Source: an uncultured delta proteobacterium (GTDB lineage Bacteria > Desulfobacterota > Binatia > UBA9968). From it: a stretch of 64,000 bases of DNA. The notes below the pieces were generated by a model. The model was not told the DNA's origin and ran no database searches. It worked only from the letters and a program-made list of their open reading frames with translations. Below are positions 43,450 through 54,489 of the stretch, piece after piece. The stretch covers positions 152,397 to 216,396 of the forward strand of contig CAWJZV010000017.1 in assembly GCA_963847445.1 (NCBI GenBank), written 5' to 3'. The position numbers and the translations under genes are program-made. Each line of letters begins with the position of its first letter. The stretch's first letter is position 1.

Positions 43450-44539
43450 TCACTTCTGGCTGACGATCTTGACCATTTCTTCGGAGATTTTTTCGATCTC
43501 CGGGTTGTTGGCGACCCATTCCAAGGTCGGCACGAAGAATTTGACGCCGCTGCTTCTCAAGCGCTCTGACCTTTTGGCCGAGCTGCGACTCGGGGAAGTG
43601 GTAGAGATCCGAGAAATCGCTTTCCCACAACAACTTTTGTCCTTCTCTGGTGAGCATGAAAGCGGCGAAGAGCTTGGCGGCGTTGGGGTGCTCGGCATTC
43701 TTGGGGACGTTCAGATAAAAATGGCGCACCATGGCGCCGTCTGCGGGGATCACATGCTCGACCGGCGCGCCCTGGGCTTGCAGCTCGAAGGTCCGCGCGC
43801 CGTTGCAGTCCATCACCAGGGCGAGAAATTCTCCCGTCACCACGCGTTCCATTTCATTGCAGCGGATCAATCCGGTGATCTGTTTAGAGAATTGCTTGAC
43901 GTAATCGAGGGCCGCGTCACGGCCCCAGAGTTCTTTCGCCGCGAGCAGATTCAAGCCGGTGACGTAGGGTGTGGAGGCGATCTTGCCTTTCCAAAACGGT
44001 TTTAAAAAATCTTTCAACGTTTTCGGCACTTCATTCTTCGGCACGCGGGTTTTGTTATAGGGCGTGCCCGGCAAGCCAGAGAAGATGCGCAAGCTTTGGC
44101 CATCGCCTTCGACCATCTGGTTGGTGATACGGCCCGGCAAGAGCTTTTGCCACTCGACCGGTTGAAAGATTTTGCGGTTGACTAATGGCACGAGATAACT
44201 TTCCGCGCCGATGTAAAGATCGGAAACGGCGGTCTGTCCGGCGGCCAGCTCGGTGGCGATCTGACTGCCCATGGCGGGCATCGATGGTCCGGGTGTGAAG
44301 CCGATTTTCACATTCGTGCCGAACATCTTGTTGAGCATCTGTTCGTAGAGCGCCATGCGCTTGGTGCCGCCCAAGGTGCCCTCGCCCCAGCTGAGTTTGA
44401 GCTTGCCTTCTTTGTTGGCTTCCTGGATGACAGTGGTCATCGCTGGCGACCACTGCGACTGGGCGGCGCTGGCGGTGTGGGGCAAGAGGCCTGATAGGAC
44501 CGATAGGACGAATAGGACGGATCGGAGTACACCTTTCAT
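43450..44539 (-). CDS. Extracellular solute-binding protein (iron/thiamine-type), frameshift near C-terminus
   Basis: ANKEGKL, PFWKGKI, AEHPNAAKLF; close paralogue of 44616-45692. Confidence 0.88.
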
Positions 44540-44566
44540 AATATCTCCTTTATTGGCATCGCGTGT

Positions 44567-44591
44567 GGGGCGATTCGTGAATCGCCCCTAC
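44567..44591 (-). repeat. REP-like GTAGGGGCGATTCACGAATCGCCCC
   Basis: GTAG plus perfect hairpin. Confidence 0.8.
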
Positions 44592-44615
44592 AATGAATGA
44601 CATCGCGGGGCGTGG

Positions 44616-45692
44616 TCATTTCTGCGTCATGATTTTGACCATCTCTTCGGAAATCGCATCGATCTCCGGGTTGGCGGCGACCCATTCGAGAGTCGGCACG
44701 AAAAACTTGACGCCTTGTTTTTGCGCCTGACGGACACGTTGGCCGATGCGCGATTCGGGAAACAGATACATATCCGAATGATCGCTGTCCCACAGGAATT
44801 GCTGCGCTTCCTTGGTCAGCATGAAAGTCGTGAATAGTTTGGCGGCGTTGGGATGCTCGGCATTTTTTGGAATAGCCAGCATGCGATGGCGCAGCATGGC
44901 GCCGTCGGCCGCGATGACATGCTCCACCGGCGCGCCGTGGGCTTGCGCTTCAAAGGTCTGCGAGCCGGAACAATCCATGACGAAGGCGAGAAATTCGCCG
45001 GAGGCGACCCGGTCGATCTCGTTGCAGCGGATCAACCCGGTGACTTGTTTCGACAGTTGCCGGACATATTCGAGCGCCGCTTCTTTGCCCCACATCTCTT
45101 TCGCCGCCAGTATGTTCAAGCTGGTCACGTAAGGCGTCGAAGCGATTTTGCCTTTCCAGTGGGGCTTGAGCATGTCTTTGAGGGTTTTCGGCACATCGTT
45201 TTTGGCCGTGCGCTTGGTGTTGTAGGGAATGCCCGGAATACCGGTGTAGACGCGCAGGCTGGTGCGGTCGCCTTCGACCATCTCGTTGGTGATCCGGCCG
45301 GGCAGATATTTGGGCCACTCGACTTCATGAAAGATCTTGCGTTTGACCAGCGGCGTTAGATAACTGTCGGCGCCGATGTAAACATCCGAGGCGGAGGATT
45401 GGCCGGCGGCATGTTCGGCGGCGATCTGGCTGCCGACTTGAGGCATGGCAGCGCCGGGGGTGAAGCTGATGCGGATGTCGGTGCTGAACATCTTGTTCAT
45501 CATCTGCTCGAACTTGGCCGCGCCCTTGGTGCCGCCAAGGGTGCCCTCGCCCCACAGCAGTTTGAGCTTGCCTTCTTTATTGGCGTCTTTGATCACGCCG
45601 GACAGGGCCGGCGACCATTGCGCGGCCATGACGTTTGAGGCCAAACCGGAATAGAGCGCAAGACCGGTTAGAACTGTTAGTAATCGTTTCAT
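44616..45692 (-). CDS. Extracellular solute-binding protein (iron/thiamine-type)
   Basis: Signal peptide; ANKEGKL, PHWKGKI, AEHPNAAKLF. Confidence 0.9.
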   Translation of the reverse strand: MKRLLTVLTGLALYSGLASNVMAAQWSPALSGVIKDANKEGKLKLLWGEGTLGGTKGAAKFEQMMNKMFSTDIRISFTPGAAMPQVGSQIAAEHAAGQSSASDVYIGADSYLTPLVKRKIFHEVEWPKYLPGRITNEMVEGDRTSLRVYTGIPGIPYNTKRTAKNDVPKTLKDMLKPHWKGKIASTPYVTSLNILAAKEMWGKEAALEYVRQLSKQVTGLIRCNEIDRVASGEFLAFVMDCSGSQTFEAQAHGAPVEHVIAADGAMLRHRMLAIPKNAEHPNAAKLFTTFMLTKEAQQFLWDSDHSDMYLFPESRIGQRVRQAQKQGVKFFVPTLEWVAANPEIDAISEEMVKIMTQK

Positions 45693-45764
45693 ATTCACTC
45701 CTGAGTAATCCTTGGTGGTCTATACCTGCCAGGTTCGCCACCTGTCAACCAAGAGATAGCGGGA

Positions 45765-45840
45765 GGGCGTATGCAATACGCCCCTACGACCAGGATGCGA
45801 TCTTCATATCGTCTGTCATTTCGAGCGCAGCGAGAAATCT
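45765..45840. repeat. REP-like GGGCGTATGCAATACGCCCCTAC plus TGTCATTTCGAGCG.AGCGAGAAATCT unit
   Basis: Hairpin with CTAC end; second unit near-identical to 54335-54361. Confidence 0.75.
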
Positions 45841-45967
45841 TGCTGGATTGCTGGAGGGCGAAGGGATCCATTGGCGAACGGATCGCTTGCTTGACAACTT
45901 TTTGGTTACTTGAAAGGATCGTAAAATTGCCGGGCTTAGGATTACCCGGCTACGAAATCGAGTGTCC

Positions 45968-47677
45968 ATGCCGAACGCCACTGTCAAAACCAAAATCGAT
46001 CCGATTACTCTGGAAGTGATCCGCCATGGGATCATTTCGATCTGCGATCAGATCGACGCCAACATGACGCGCACGGCGTTTAGCCCGTATATCTACGAGT
46101 ACAAGGATTACGCCGTCGGCTTCGTCAGCGCGACCGGCGATTTGTTGGCCCAATCCACCGGCGGCATGCCGGTGTTTGTCGCCGACTCGGTGGGCGCGGC
46201 GGTGAAAGACGGCCTGGAAGTCTACGGCCGGGAGAATTTGCACAAGGGCGATGTCATCGTCTGCAACCACGCGGCGATCCAGGGGCAGCATTTAAACAAC
46301 ACGGTCATGTACACGCCGGTGTTCGCCGGTGCCAAGGGCGACGAGCTGATCGGATTCTTCGCGGTCAACTGCCATTGGATCGACATCGGCGGCTCGGCCA
46401 TCGGCTCGGTGTCCTATTCTTCCACCGATATTTTCATGGAAGGGTTGCAGCTGCGCTCGATCAAGATGTGGTCCAAGGGCGAGCCGATTGAAGAAGTCTA
46501 TCGGATCATCGAGAACAACACGCGATTCCCATTGGAACTGTTGGGCGACATCGAAGCGCAGCTGGGCGGCTGCTTCTTGGGACGGGACTTGACCCAGGAT
46601 ATGGCCAATAAATACGGCCCGGCGGTTTTTCTCGGCACCCTCGACGTGATTCTCGATCAATGCGAGGCGGCGACGCGGGAAAAGATCCGCGCCATTCCCG
46701 ACGGCGTCTACCAACATGAAGCGTTTCTCGACAACGACGGCGTGCGCGACGAGAAAATTCCCATTCGCGTCAAAGTCATCGTCGCCGGCGACGAGATGAC
46801 CATCGATTATTCCGAGATGTCGCCGCAGGTGCGCGGCTGCGTCAACTCGGGATTCTTCGGCGGCGGGCGCACCTGCGCGCGGGTCGGATTCAAATATCTC
46901 ATCGCCACCGATGAGCCGGCTAACGAAGGCACCTTTCGGCCGTTAAAAATGATCCTGCCCGAAGGTACGCTAATCAGCGCCGAAGCCACCGCGGCCATGG
47001 GGCTCTACAGCATTCCATTCCCTACGGTGATCGATTGTTTCATCAAAGCCTTGGAACCGGCTTTACCGCAGCGCGTTACCGGCGCGCATTTCGGCACCTT
47101 CTCTTCCCTCAGCTTCGGCGGCAGGCGGGTCGACACCGGAGCGTACTTCAAAGCCAACGACAGCGGCCATGGCGGCTGGGGCGCTTGCGCGACCCACGAC
47201 GGTGCCGGGCCGTTTCGCACCATGGCCCATGGCGACACCCGGCTGATTCCCATCGAGCTGCAAGAGTCGATGTATCCATTTCGCGTCGAGGAATTTCGCT
47301 TGCGCCAGGATTCCGGCGGCGCCGGCCAGTGGCGCGGCGGACTGGGCTTCGACAAACAATATGTTTTGCTCGCGCCCTGTGATCTATGGGCCAACTTCGA
47401 CCGCATCGGCTGCCCGCCCTGGGGCGTGCAAAACGCCAAGGCCGGCAAATCGGGCCAAGTGCTGGTGCTAAAAAACGGCCAGCAAGAACCGGAGCTGCTT
47501 TACAAAACCGAAAATTGCCCGGTGGCCGCCGGTGACCGCGTGCGCATGTCCACCGGCGGCGGCGGCGGTTACGGCGATCCGCGCAAGCGGCCAACCGAAC
47601 TCGTCGCTAAGGATGTCATTCGCGGCTTTGTTTCGATTGAAAGCGCGCGTGACGATTACGGTGTTGTCTATCGATAG
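45968..47677 (+). CDS. Hydantoinase B / 5-oxoprolinase family subunit
   Basis: DPITLEV, RTAFSP, GQHLNN, HWIDIGG, EGL, DSGGAG.WRGG, GGGGYGDP. Confidence 0.92.
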   Translation: MPNATVKTKIDPITLEVIRHGIISICDQIDANMTRTAFSPYIYEYKDYAVGFVSATGDLLAQSTGGMPVFVADSVGAAVKDGLEVYGRENLHKGDVIVCNHAAIQGQHLNNTVMYTPVFAGAKGDELIGFFAVNCHWIDIGGSAIGSVSYSSTDIFMEGLQLRSIKMWSKGEPIEEVYRIIENNTRFPLELLGDIEAQLGGCFLGRDLTQDMANKYGPAVFLGTLDVILDQCEAATREKIRAIPDGVYQHEAFLDNDGVRDEKIPIRVKVIVAGDEMTIDYSEMSPQVRGCVNSGFFGGGRTCARVGFKYLIATDEPANEGTFRPLKMILPEGTLISAEATAAMGLYSIPFPTVIDCFIKALEPALPQRVTGAHFGTFSSLSFGGRRVDTGAYFKANDSGHGGWGACATHDGAGPFRTMAHGDTRLIPIELQESMYPFRVEEFRLRQDSGGAGQWRGGLGFDKQYVLLAPCDLWANFDRIGCPPWGVQNAKAGKSGQVLVLKNGQQEPELLYKTENCPVAAGDRVRMSTGGGGGYGDPRKRPTELVAKDVIRGFVSIESARDDYGVVYR

Positions 47678-47705
47678 CAGCTGGCAACGCGAAGCGCGAA
47701 TAACC

Positions 47706-47800
47706 GTTCAAGGTTCAAGGGTTCAAAGTTCAACGTCGGAATAAATCCGAAGCACGAACTCTTAAGACATTGAACGGTTGAACCTGTTGAACTTTTGAAC
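47706..47800. repeat. GTTCAA x4 / TTGAAC x4 palindrome with TCGGA...TCCGA core
   Basis: Complete inverted arrangement between the hydantoinase B and A genes. Confidence 0.8.
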
Positions 47801-47815
47801 GGGAGTTATCTTAAA

Positions 47816-49873
47816 ATGAGTTATGCCATCGCCGTCGACATCGGCGGCACGTTTACCGATCTGGTCGCGTTCGATCACGAGACCCAGAAGGTGATCTATT
47901 CCAAGAGTCCGACGACCTACGACAATCTGGTCGAGGGGATTCTCGATTGTTTCAACAAAGCGCAAGCTCAAACCGGCGCAAGCTTCAATCGTCAACCACG
48001 GCACGACGCTGGTGATCAATTCGTTGATCCAGCGCAAAGGTTCGAAGACCGCATTGGTTACCACCCAGGGCTTCCGCGATATTCTCGAAATCGCCCGTGG
48101 CAACCGTCCCGACCCGTTCGATCTGCACTATCAGCGCGATGAGCCGCTGATTCCACGCGAGCTGCGCTTCGAAGTACCCGAACGCATGGGCAGCAAGGGC
48201 GAAGTGGTAACGCCGCTCGATGTTGCGGGCTTGGAAAAACTCGCCGTCGCGATCCGTAAACTCGGCGTCGAGTCGGTGGCGGTTTTTTTCATGAACTCGT
48301 ACGTCAACCCGGCCCACGAGGAAGCGGCGGCTGAGAAATTGAAAGAGCTGCTGCCCGACACTTACATCACCTTCAGCACCGATCTGACCCGCGAGTGGTA
48401 CGAGTACGAGCGCTGCTCGACGGTCGCCGCCAACGCCTACGTCGGGCCGCAGGTGAGCACCTATATTCGCCGCCTGGACAACGATCTTCAAACAACAGGG
48501 CTTTGGCGGTTCTCTTTTCATGATGGGCTCCAACGGCGGCTTGCTCTCCGCCGATCGCACTTGCCGCCAGCCCATCGGCCTGGTCGAATCCGGCCCCATC
48601 GGCGGCTGCATCGGCGCCGGCGCCTACGCCGACCAACTCGGCTTCAAAAACGTCGTCGCCTTCGACATGGGCGGCACCACGGCGAAATGCGCGCTGGTCG
48701 AGAACGGCCGCTTCTCGGTCAATTCCCTCTACTACGCCAACGGCTATGTCAAAGGCTTTCCGATCAAATCGGCGGTCATCGACATCGTCGAAGTCGGCTC
48801 GGGCGGCGGTTCCATCGCCTGGCTCGATTCGCAGAAGCGCTTGCACGTCGGACCGCAAAGCGCCGGCTCGACACCGGGCCCGGTATGCTACGGCCGCGGC
48901 GGCATCGAGCCGACGGTCACCGACGCCAATCTCGTGCTCGGCCGTCTCAATCCGGCGAACTTCCTCGGCGGCGAGATGGAGCTCGACGTGAACGCGGCGC
49001 AAAGCGCGATAACCGAGCGCATCGCCACACCGCTCGGCTACGCGGGTGAAAGCGGCATGATGCAGATGGCCGACGGGATAATTTCCATCGCCACCGTGAT
49101 CATGGCCGGCGCGATTCGCAAAGTTTCGGTCGAGCATGGCCTCGATCCGCGCGATTTTATTCTGTTCAGCTACGGCGGCGGCGGGCCGCTGCATTCTTGC
49201 GCGCTCGCCCACGAGTTGTCGATTCCGACCGTGGTCATTCCGCCGGAGCCGGGAAATTTTTCCGCCATCGGCATGCTGTTGGCCGATGCGCGCATCGATA
49301 CGTCGAAGACCTTCGTCGGCATTCTCAGCGAGAAAACCGTGCCGTCGATGACCGAGCTTTTCGCTTCGATGGAAAGCGAAGCGGCCGCGGCGCTGGCGAA
49401 CGAGTTCGGCACCAGCGAAGTGTTTTTCGAGCGCCACGCCGAGATGCGTTACCGCGGCCAGCGCCATAACATCAAAGTGCCGGTGTCGGGATTGAAAGAC
49501 GCGGAGGAAATCCGCGCCGCCTTCGAGCGCGACTACAAACGGCGCTACGGCCACGCCGACGCCAAGGCGCCGGCGGAATTCCAAGCACTGCATCTGTCGG
49601 CCTTCGCGCGACTTGCAGCAGCCGGACATCGCGCGCTTGCCGCGCGCCGCGGCGCAAGCCCCAGGCCCGACAGATTCGCGAAGATCTATATCGGCAACGC
49701 CGGCGGCTGGCTCGACGCGCAGATCTATCATCGCGATGCCTTGGCGCCGGGTTTCAAGGCCAGCGGCCCGGCGGTGATCGAAGAGTACGGCTCGACGACG
49801 GTGATGTGGCCGGGGGATCGCTTTGAGAGTCGGCGAGTTGCGAGAGATTAGGATTCATTGCGCGGGAAATTGA
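47816..49873 (+). CDS. Hydantoinase A / 5-oxoprolinase family ATP-binding subunit (frameshifted)
   Basis: VDIGGTFTD, HGTT, EYER, ESGP, DMGGTT, GGGSIA, GPVCYGRGG. Confidence 0.9.
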
Positions 49874-49915
49874 TGAATTAAAATGTTGACGTCGAATTTT
49901 CCGAGCGATTCCGAG

Positions 49916-50016
49916 TTCCTTTCCCTTGATGGGGAAAGGTTAGGATAGGGGTGCTGCGCACGCCATTGAATTAGCAGGACCCCCACCTTCGATCCTCCCC
50001 CGTCGAGGGGGAGGAA
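49916..50016. repeat. CCCTTGA.GGGGAAGG / CCTCCCC.TC.AGGGG double-hairpin palindrome
   Basis: Inverted arms; related half-unit near 40428-40462. Confidence 0.65.
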
Positions 50017-50060
50017 AACGAATTCGGAAGACATCGAGCAATCCAACCATTGAGCCAGAT

Positions 50061-51770
50061 ATGAAGTCTACGTCTGACAACTGTCGACCGATCGCTCCGT
50101 CGACCCGATCACCCTCGAAGTGATCCGCCACGGACTGGTGTCGATCACCGATCAGATCGACGCCAACATCACGCGCACGGCGTTTAGCCCGTATATTTAC
50201 GAGTACAAGGATTTTGCCGTCGGCCTCGCCGGCCCCGACGGCGAGTTGATCGCGCAAAGCACCGGCGGCATGCCGGTCTTTGTCGCCGACTCGGTCGGCA
50301 TGGCGGTGCGCGACGGACTCGCGGTCTACGGCAAGCGACCGGCTTGCACCACGGCGACGTTGTGCTGTGCAATCACGCCGCGGTGCAGGGCCAGCATCTG
50401 AACAACACGGTGATGTACACGCCGATCTACGCCGGACCGGGCGATGACAATCGCTGATCGGCTTCTTCGCCATCAACGTGCACTGGATCGACATCGGCGG
50501 CATCACGCCGCGCTCGACCGACATTTTCATGGAAGGGCTGCAGCTGCGCTCGATCAAGCTCTGGTCCAAGGGCGAGCCGATTCAGGAAGTCTATCGCATC
50601 ATCGAGAACAACACGCGCTTTCCGGTCGAACTGATGGGCGACATCGCCGCGCAGCACGCCGGCTGCGTTCTCGGGCGCGATCTCATCGCAGGCGCTGGCC
50701 GACAAATACGGCGTCGAGACCTTTCTCGCCGCCGTGCAAACGCATGCTCGACCAGAGCGAGGCGGCGGCGCGCGCCAAGATCCGCGCCATTGCCGGACGG
50801 CGACGTACCGCCACGAGACGTTTTTCGACAACGACGGCGAGTCCGACGAGCCGCTTGCCGATCAGTGTCAAGGTGATCGTCGCCGGCGACGAGATGACGG
50901 TCGATCTAGTCCGAGATCGCCGACGCAGGTGCAAAGGCTGCATCAACTCGGGTTACTACGGCGGCGGGCGCACCGCGCGCGGGTGGCCTTCAAGTATTTA
51001 ATCGCCGACGACGAAGCCGGCCAACGAAGGCACGTTCCGGCCGCTGAAGTTGATTCTCCCCGAAGGCAAAACTGCTGAGCGCCAACCCGACCGCGCCGAT
51101 GGGCAACTATTCCCAGCCGTTTCCGACGGTCATCGACGCGATCATCAAGGCGCTGGAGAAGGCGCTGCCGGAGCGCGTCACCGGCGCGCACTTCGGCACT
51201 TTTTCGGGCGTGCGCTTCCGCGGCCGGCGCGCCAACGGCACGCTCTTCGATTGCCACGACAGCGGTCACGGCGGCTGGGGCGCCTGCGCGACCCACGACG
51301 GCGCCGGACCGTTTCGCACCATGGCGCATGGCGACACGCGCATCATTCCCGTCGAGCTGCAGGAGTCGATGTATCCCTATCGCGTCGTCGAGTTCGGCCT
51401 GCGCGAAGATTCCGCCGGCGCCGGCAAATTCCGCGGCGGCTTGGGATTCCGCAAAAAATATCAATTGCTCGGCGACGCCGATCTGCAAGCGATGTTCGAC
51501 CGCGTGAAATATCCGCCCTGGGGCGTGCACGGCGGCAAGGAAGGCAAGTCCGGTCAGATTGACGGTCGAAAAGAGATCCGGCGAGACGGAAATCATCTAC
51601 AAGAGAAAAAGCCTATCCACTCAAAGCCGGCGACCAGATCATCGTCGAGACCGGCGGTGGCGGCGGCTATGGGCCGCCATCGGAACAGGCCGCGCGAGTC
51701 GGTCGAGCGCGACGTGATGCGCGGCTATGTTTCAGCCGAAGCGGCGGCCAAGGATTACGGCGCGAGATAA
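50061..51770 (+). CDS. Second hydantoinase B / oxoprolinase subunit (many frameshifts; errors or pseudogene)
   Basis: Fragments closely match 45968-47677 (RTAFSPYIYEYKD, HWIDIGG, HGGWGACATHDGAGPFRTMAHGDTR). Confidence 0.8.
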
Positions 51771-51848
51771 AGCCGCCAACGTTTCTGCTTCTTGTCATGC
51801 TCCTTTGGGGATCACTGAAATTCCTCGCGTCAGGTGAAGAAACGATCT

Positions 51849-51950
51849 GTCATGCCGGCGTAGGCCGGCATCCATCCCGTCCTCCAAACCTGGATCCGTT
51901 CAACGGTATGCGGGATGACCGGACCTGGATTCCGACCTCGCCGGAATGAC
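51849..51950. repeat. GTCATGCCGGCG.AGGCCGGCATCCA...TGGATTCCG.CCT.CGCCGGAATGAC palindrome
   Basis: Same family as 26566-26633. Confidence 0.75.
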
Positions 51951-51994
51951 GGATACGTGATCGATCAGGAGTCGATGACCCGAAATACCAGGCG

Positions 51995-52429
51995 TTACGA
52001 TCGGACAATTTCTTCGAAAGTCGGCTCCGGCATGCCTTTCTGCCAAGTTGAATCGCGAATTTCGAGGCGGTTGCCGCTCGGATCGTGAATGTAAAGCTCG
52101 CGCCCGGTAAAATGGCCTTTGGCGCGGTATTCGAGTTCAACGATGGGGACTTTCTTTTCGTGAAATGTCTTGCAAGCCGCGACAAATCCTTCCGGGCTGA
52201 CATTGAACGAATGATGCACGCGTTCTTCGACGATGGTTTTGTCCTGCGGTTTTTGCCGCTCGCATAACAGGATGTTGTGATCGCCGACGTTGAAGCACGT
52301 CATCACGCCGTTGCTCAGCCGCCCCAGAAGCTCGAGGCCGAGCATGCCGCCGTAAAACTCTTCGGATTCTTTCAGATTGTTGACCGGTATCGACCAGTGG
52401 GTGACGCCTTCAATTTTGAATGTTCCCAT
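51995..52429 (-). CDS. VOC/glyoxalase family protein
   Basis: HWSIPVNNL, HHSF, DPSGNRLE; paralogue of 12071-12511. Confidence 0.9.
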   Translation of the reverse strand: MGTFKIEGVTHWSIPVNNLKESEEFYGGMLGLELLGRLSNGVMTCFNVGDHNILLCERQKPQDKTIVEERVHHSFNVSPEGFVAACKTFHEKKVPIVELEYRAKGHFTGRELYIHDPSGNRLEIRDSTWQKGMPEPTFEEIVRS

Positions 52430-52567
52430 AGAGCCTCCTTTATTCCGCTTGGAACTGCGAATCTTTACAACTTTCAATGCCAAGAAGGCAAGATCGATGA
52501 GCGCGCGCTAGAATGCTCCAATCGACGTCATGGTCCACAGTTCGGATTGGAACGCGGAGACACGTGT

Positions 52568-52957
52568 CTAAAATTCGATGGTACCCTTCGCCACTAATAT
52601 CCTTGCTTTCATTCGACATAGGAGATCCATACCCAAGAGTCCATCGATGTTACCGCCAAAAGGGAGGGTATGTGCGACGGTTACGACTCGGCGAAATTGA
52701 CGACCTAAAGTGTCGAGTTCTTCTCAACGGTTACTTTCGGCGCCATAATATAGCCGCTGCCGGTCGCGATACGTTCATGCTGCTTACTTTGGGTGGGACT
52801 CAATCCGACGGACTCGAGAACTTCTACAGGCAAGATGGTGTTATGTTGAACCCGTATCTACCAGCAGATTGATTACTTTGGTTCCTTCTGGCCCGCTGAC
52901 AGCAGCTCGTGTGACGAGGAGGTTTCCGACTCGGGTTAGCGTATAAAATGATGGCAA
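52568..52957 (-). CDS. Retropepsin-like aspartyl protease (frameshifted; absent from ORF track)
   Basis: Manual translation ...VINLLVDTGST/YTILPVEVLESVGL...IATGSG...IDGLLGMDLL. Confidence 0.75.
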
Positions 52958-53169
52958 AACATCACCGCCGCGTCTTCATCAATCTTCCCGAAGAATTCGA
53001 GGGAAACATTCTTGCCGCGGGTGCCGAGCAGGGCTTTGTAAATGTCGTCTTTAGTCGCTGCATGAGCAATCACCCGCCCAGCCTTCGGACGTAAATGCTT
53101 ATCCAACTTAGTGTACTCGATGAGCACCCACTGATTTTGGTATTGTTTCTTGATCTTCGCGATATCCAT
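52936..53169 (-). CDS. Small DUF5678-like protein
   Basis: IKKQYQNQWVLI...GRVIAH...DDIY pattern; overlaps protease start. Confidence 0.6.
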   Translation of the reverse strand: MDIAKIKKQYQNQWVLIEYTKLDKHLRPKAGRVIAHAATKDDIYKALLGTRGKNVSLEFFGKIDEDAAVMFCHHFIR

Positions 53170-53270
53170 AATCACGACTCCTGCCAATGCAAGGTCCACT
53201 ACAATCTAGCAAGAAGTGTATTCAATCCAGTAGGTTCGTACAAGTCGGACAAACTAGGATTCACGCAGGG

Positions 53271-54247
53271 CTACCGTCCAATCGATCCTTCCCTGATTAT
53301 CTCGTCCAAGATCGTTTCGTCGATAAACTGCGCGGCATTGATCGGGCGGTCGATCTTTTGCCCGGCGCGGGCGAAGTCGACGAGCAGTTGATAACCTTCG
53401 ACGCGATTTCTGCCATCGGGGCTGAGCAGTTCGAGCAACACTTTGTACGCCAGCGCGGCGATCTCCTGGTCCATGCCGAACTCGCGCATGATCATTTGCG
53501 TGTGTCGGCGCGGTTGTCGCGGATGTAGTTCATGGCGCGCAGTCCGGCGCGCATGAAGCGCTTGATCATGTTCGGTTGCTTCTTGATCTTATCGGCATGG
53601 GTGACGAACGCCGTGCCCGGAACATCGACATAGTCGCGGGTGGCGGCGATCTTGATAAAGCCGTCCTTCTCGGCGCGCAGGCTGTGCGGCGCGCTCAACA
53701 TCGAGGCGGCGAGGGTTCCCGACTTCAACGCGGCGTACCGTTCCGGCGTGCCGCCCATGTTGAGCAAGATAAAGTCACGTTCCGGCGAGAAGCCTTCTTT
53801 GACGATGATTCTGTCTCAACAGCGTGTCGACCAAACCGCCGGGATTGAGCGAGCCGATGGACTGGCCCTTGAGCTGCGCCAGGTTCCGATACTTCGGTCT
53901 GAGCGTAGAGCGCCTGATCGACGAAGGCGTTCAGGCTCATGACCACCCGCAGCGGCGCGCCGGCGACAAACGCCGTGACCGCTGTGGTGCTGCCGGTGCC
54001 GAAGTCGGCATCGCCGGTGATGATCGCCTTGATGTCGATGCCGCCGCGCATGTAGACCATGCTGACGCTCAAGATTTTCTTTTTGAAAAAAGCCCCGGCG
54101 CTGCGCGGTTTCCAAGATCGGAAAGTTGGTGATCGACTTGCTTGGATAGCTGACAACGACTTTGTCCGGTGCGGATGTTTGCGCGGGAACCTCGTTCGCG
54201 AGAAGCAGCGTCGATAACAGCAAACAAAGAAAACTTAGCTTGAGCAT
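53271..54247 (-). CDS. SsuA/THI5-like substrate-binding protein (several frameshifts)
   Basis: RGFFQKEN, GDADF, GGTPERYAALKSG across ORFs. Confidence 0.82.
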
Positions 54248-54334
54248 TGCCGTTCTCCTTTGACGCGTCCATAACCGAGGCGACTGCACTTTCGCAATAG
54301 TCGACGACAAGCTCGGCTGTCAACTCGATTGCTG

Positions 54335-54361
54335 GTCATTTCGAGCGGCAGCGAGAAATCT
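54335..54361. repeat. GTCATTTCGAGCGGCAGCGAGAAATCT unit
   Basis: Near-identical to 45814-45840. Confidence 0.7.
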
Positions 54362-54411
54362 AGTCGGCTTAGTACATAGCCTCGCTCTGTGAGAAGGCGC
54401 CGGAATTTCCC

Positions 54412-54450
54412 AAAAAAAGAGGGCTGCGCCATAGACACCGCAGCCCTCTT
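54412..54450 (-). terminator. Intrinsic terminator after the coxL-like gene
   Basis: Minus strand GAGGGCTGCG...CGCAGCCCTC-T7. Confidence 0.8.
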
Positions 54451-54489
54451 CACCATCTTTACTATTGCCTGTTGCCTAATGCCTTCTGC

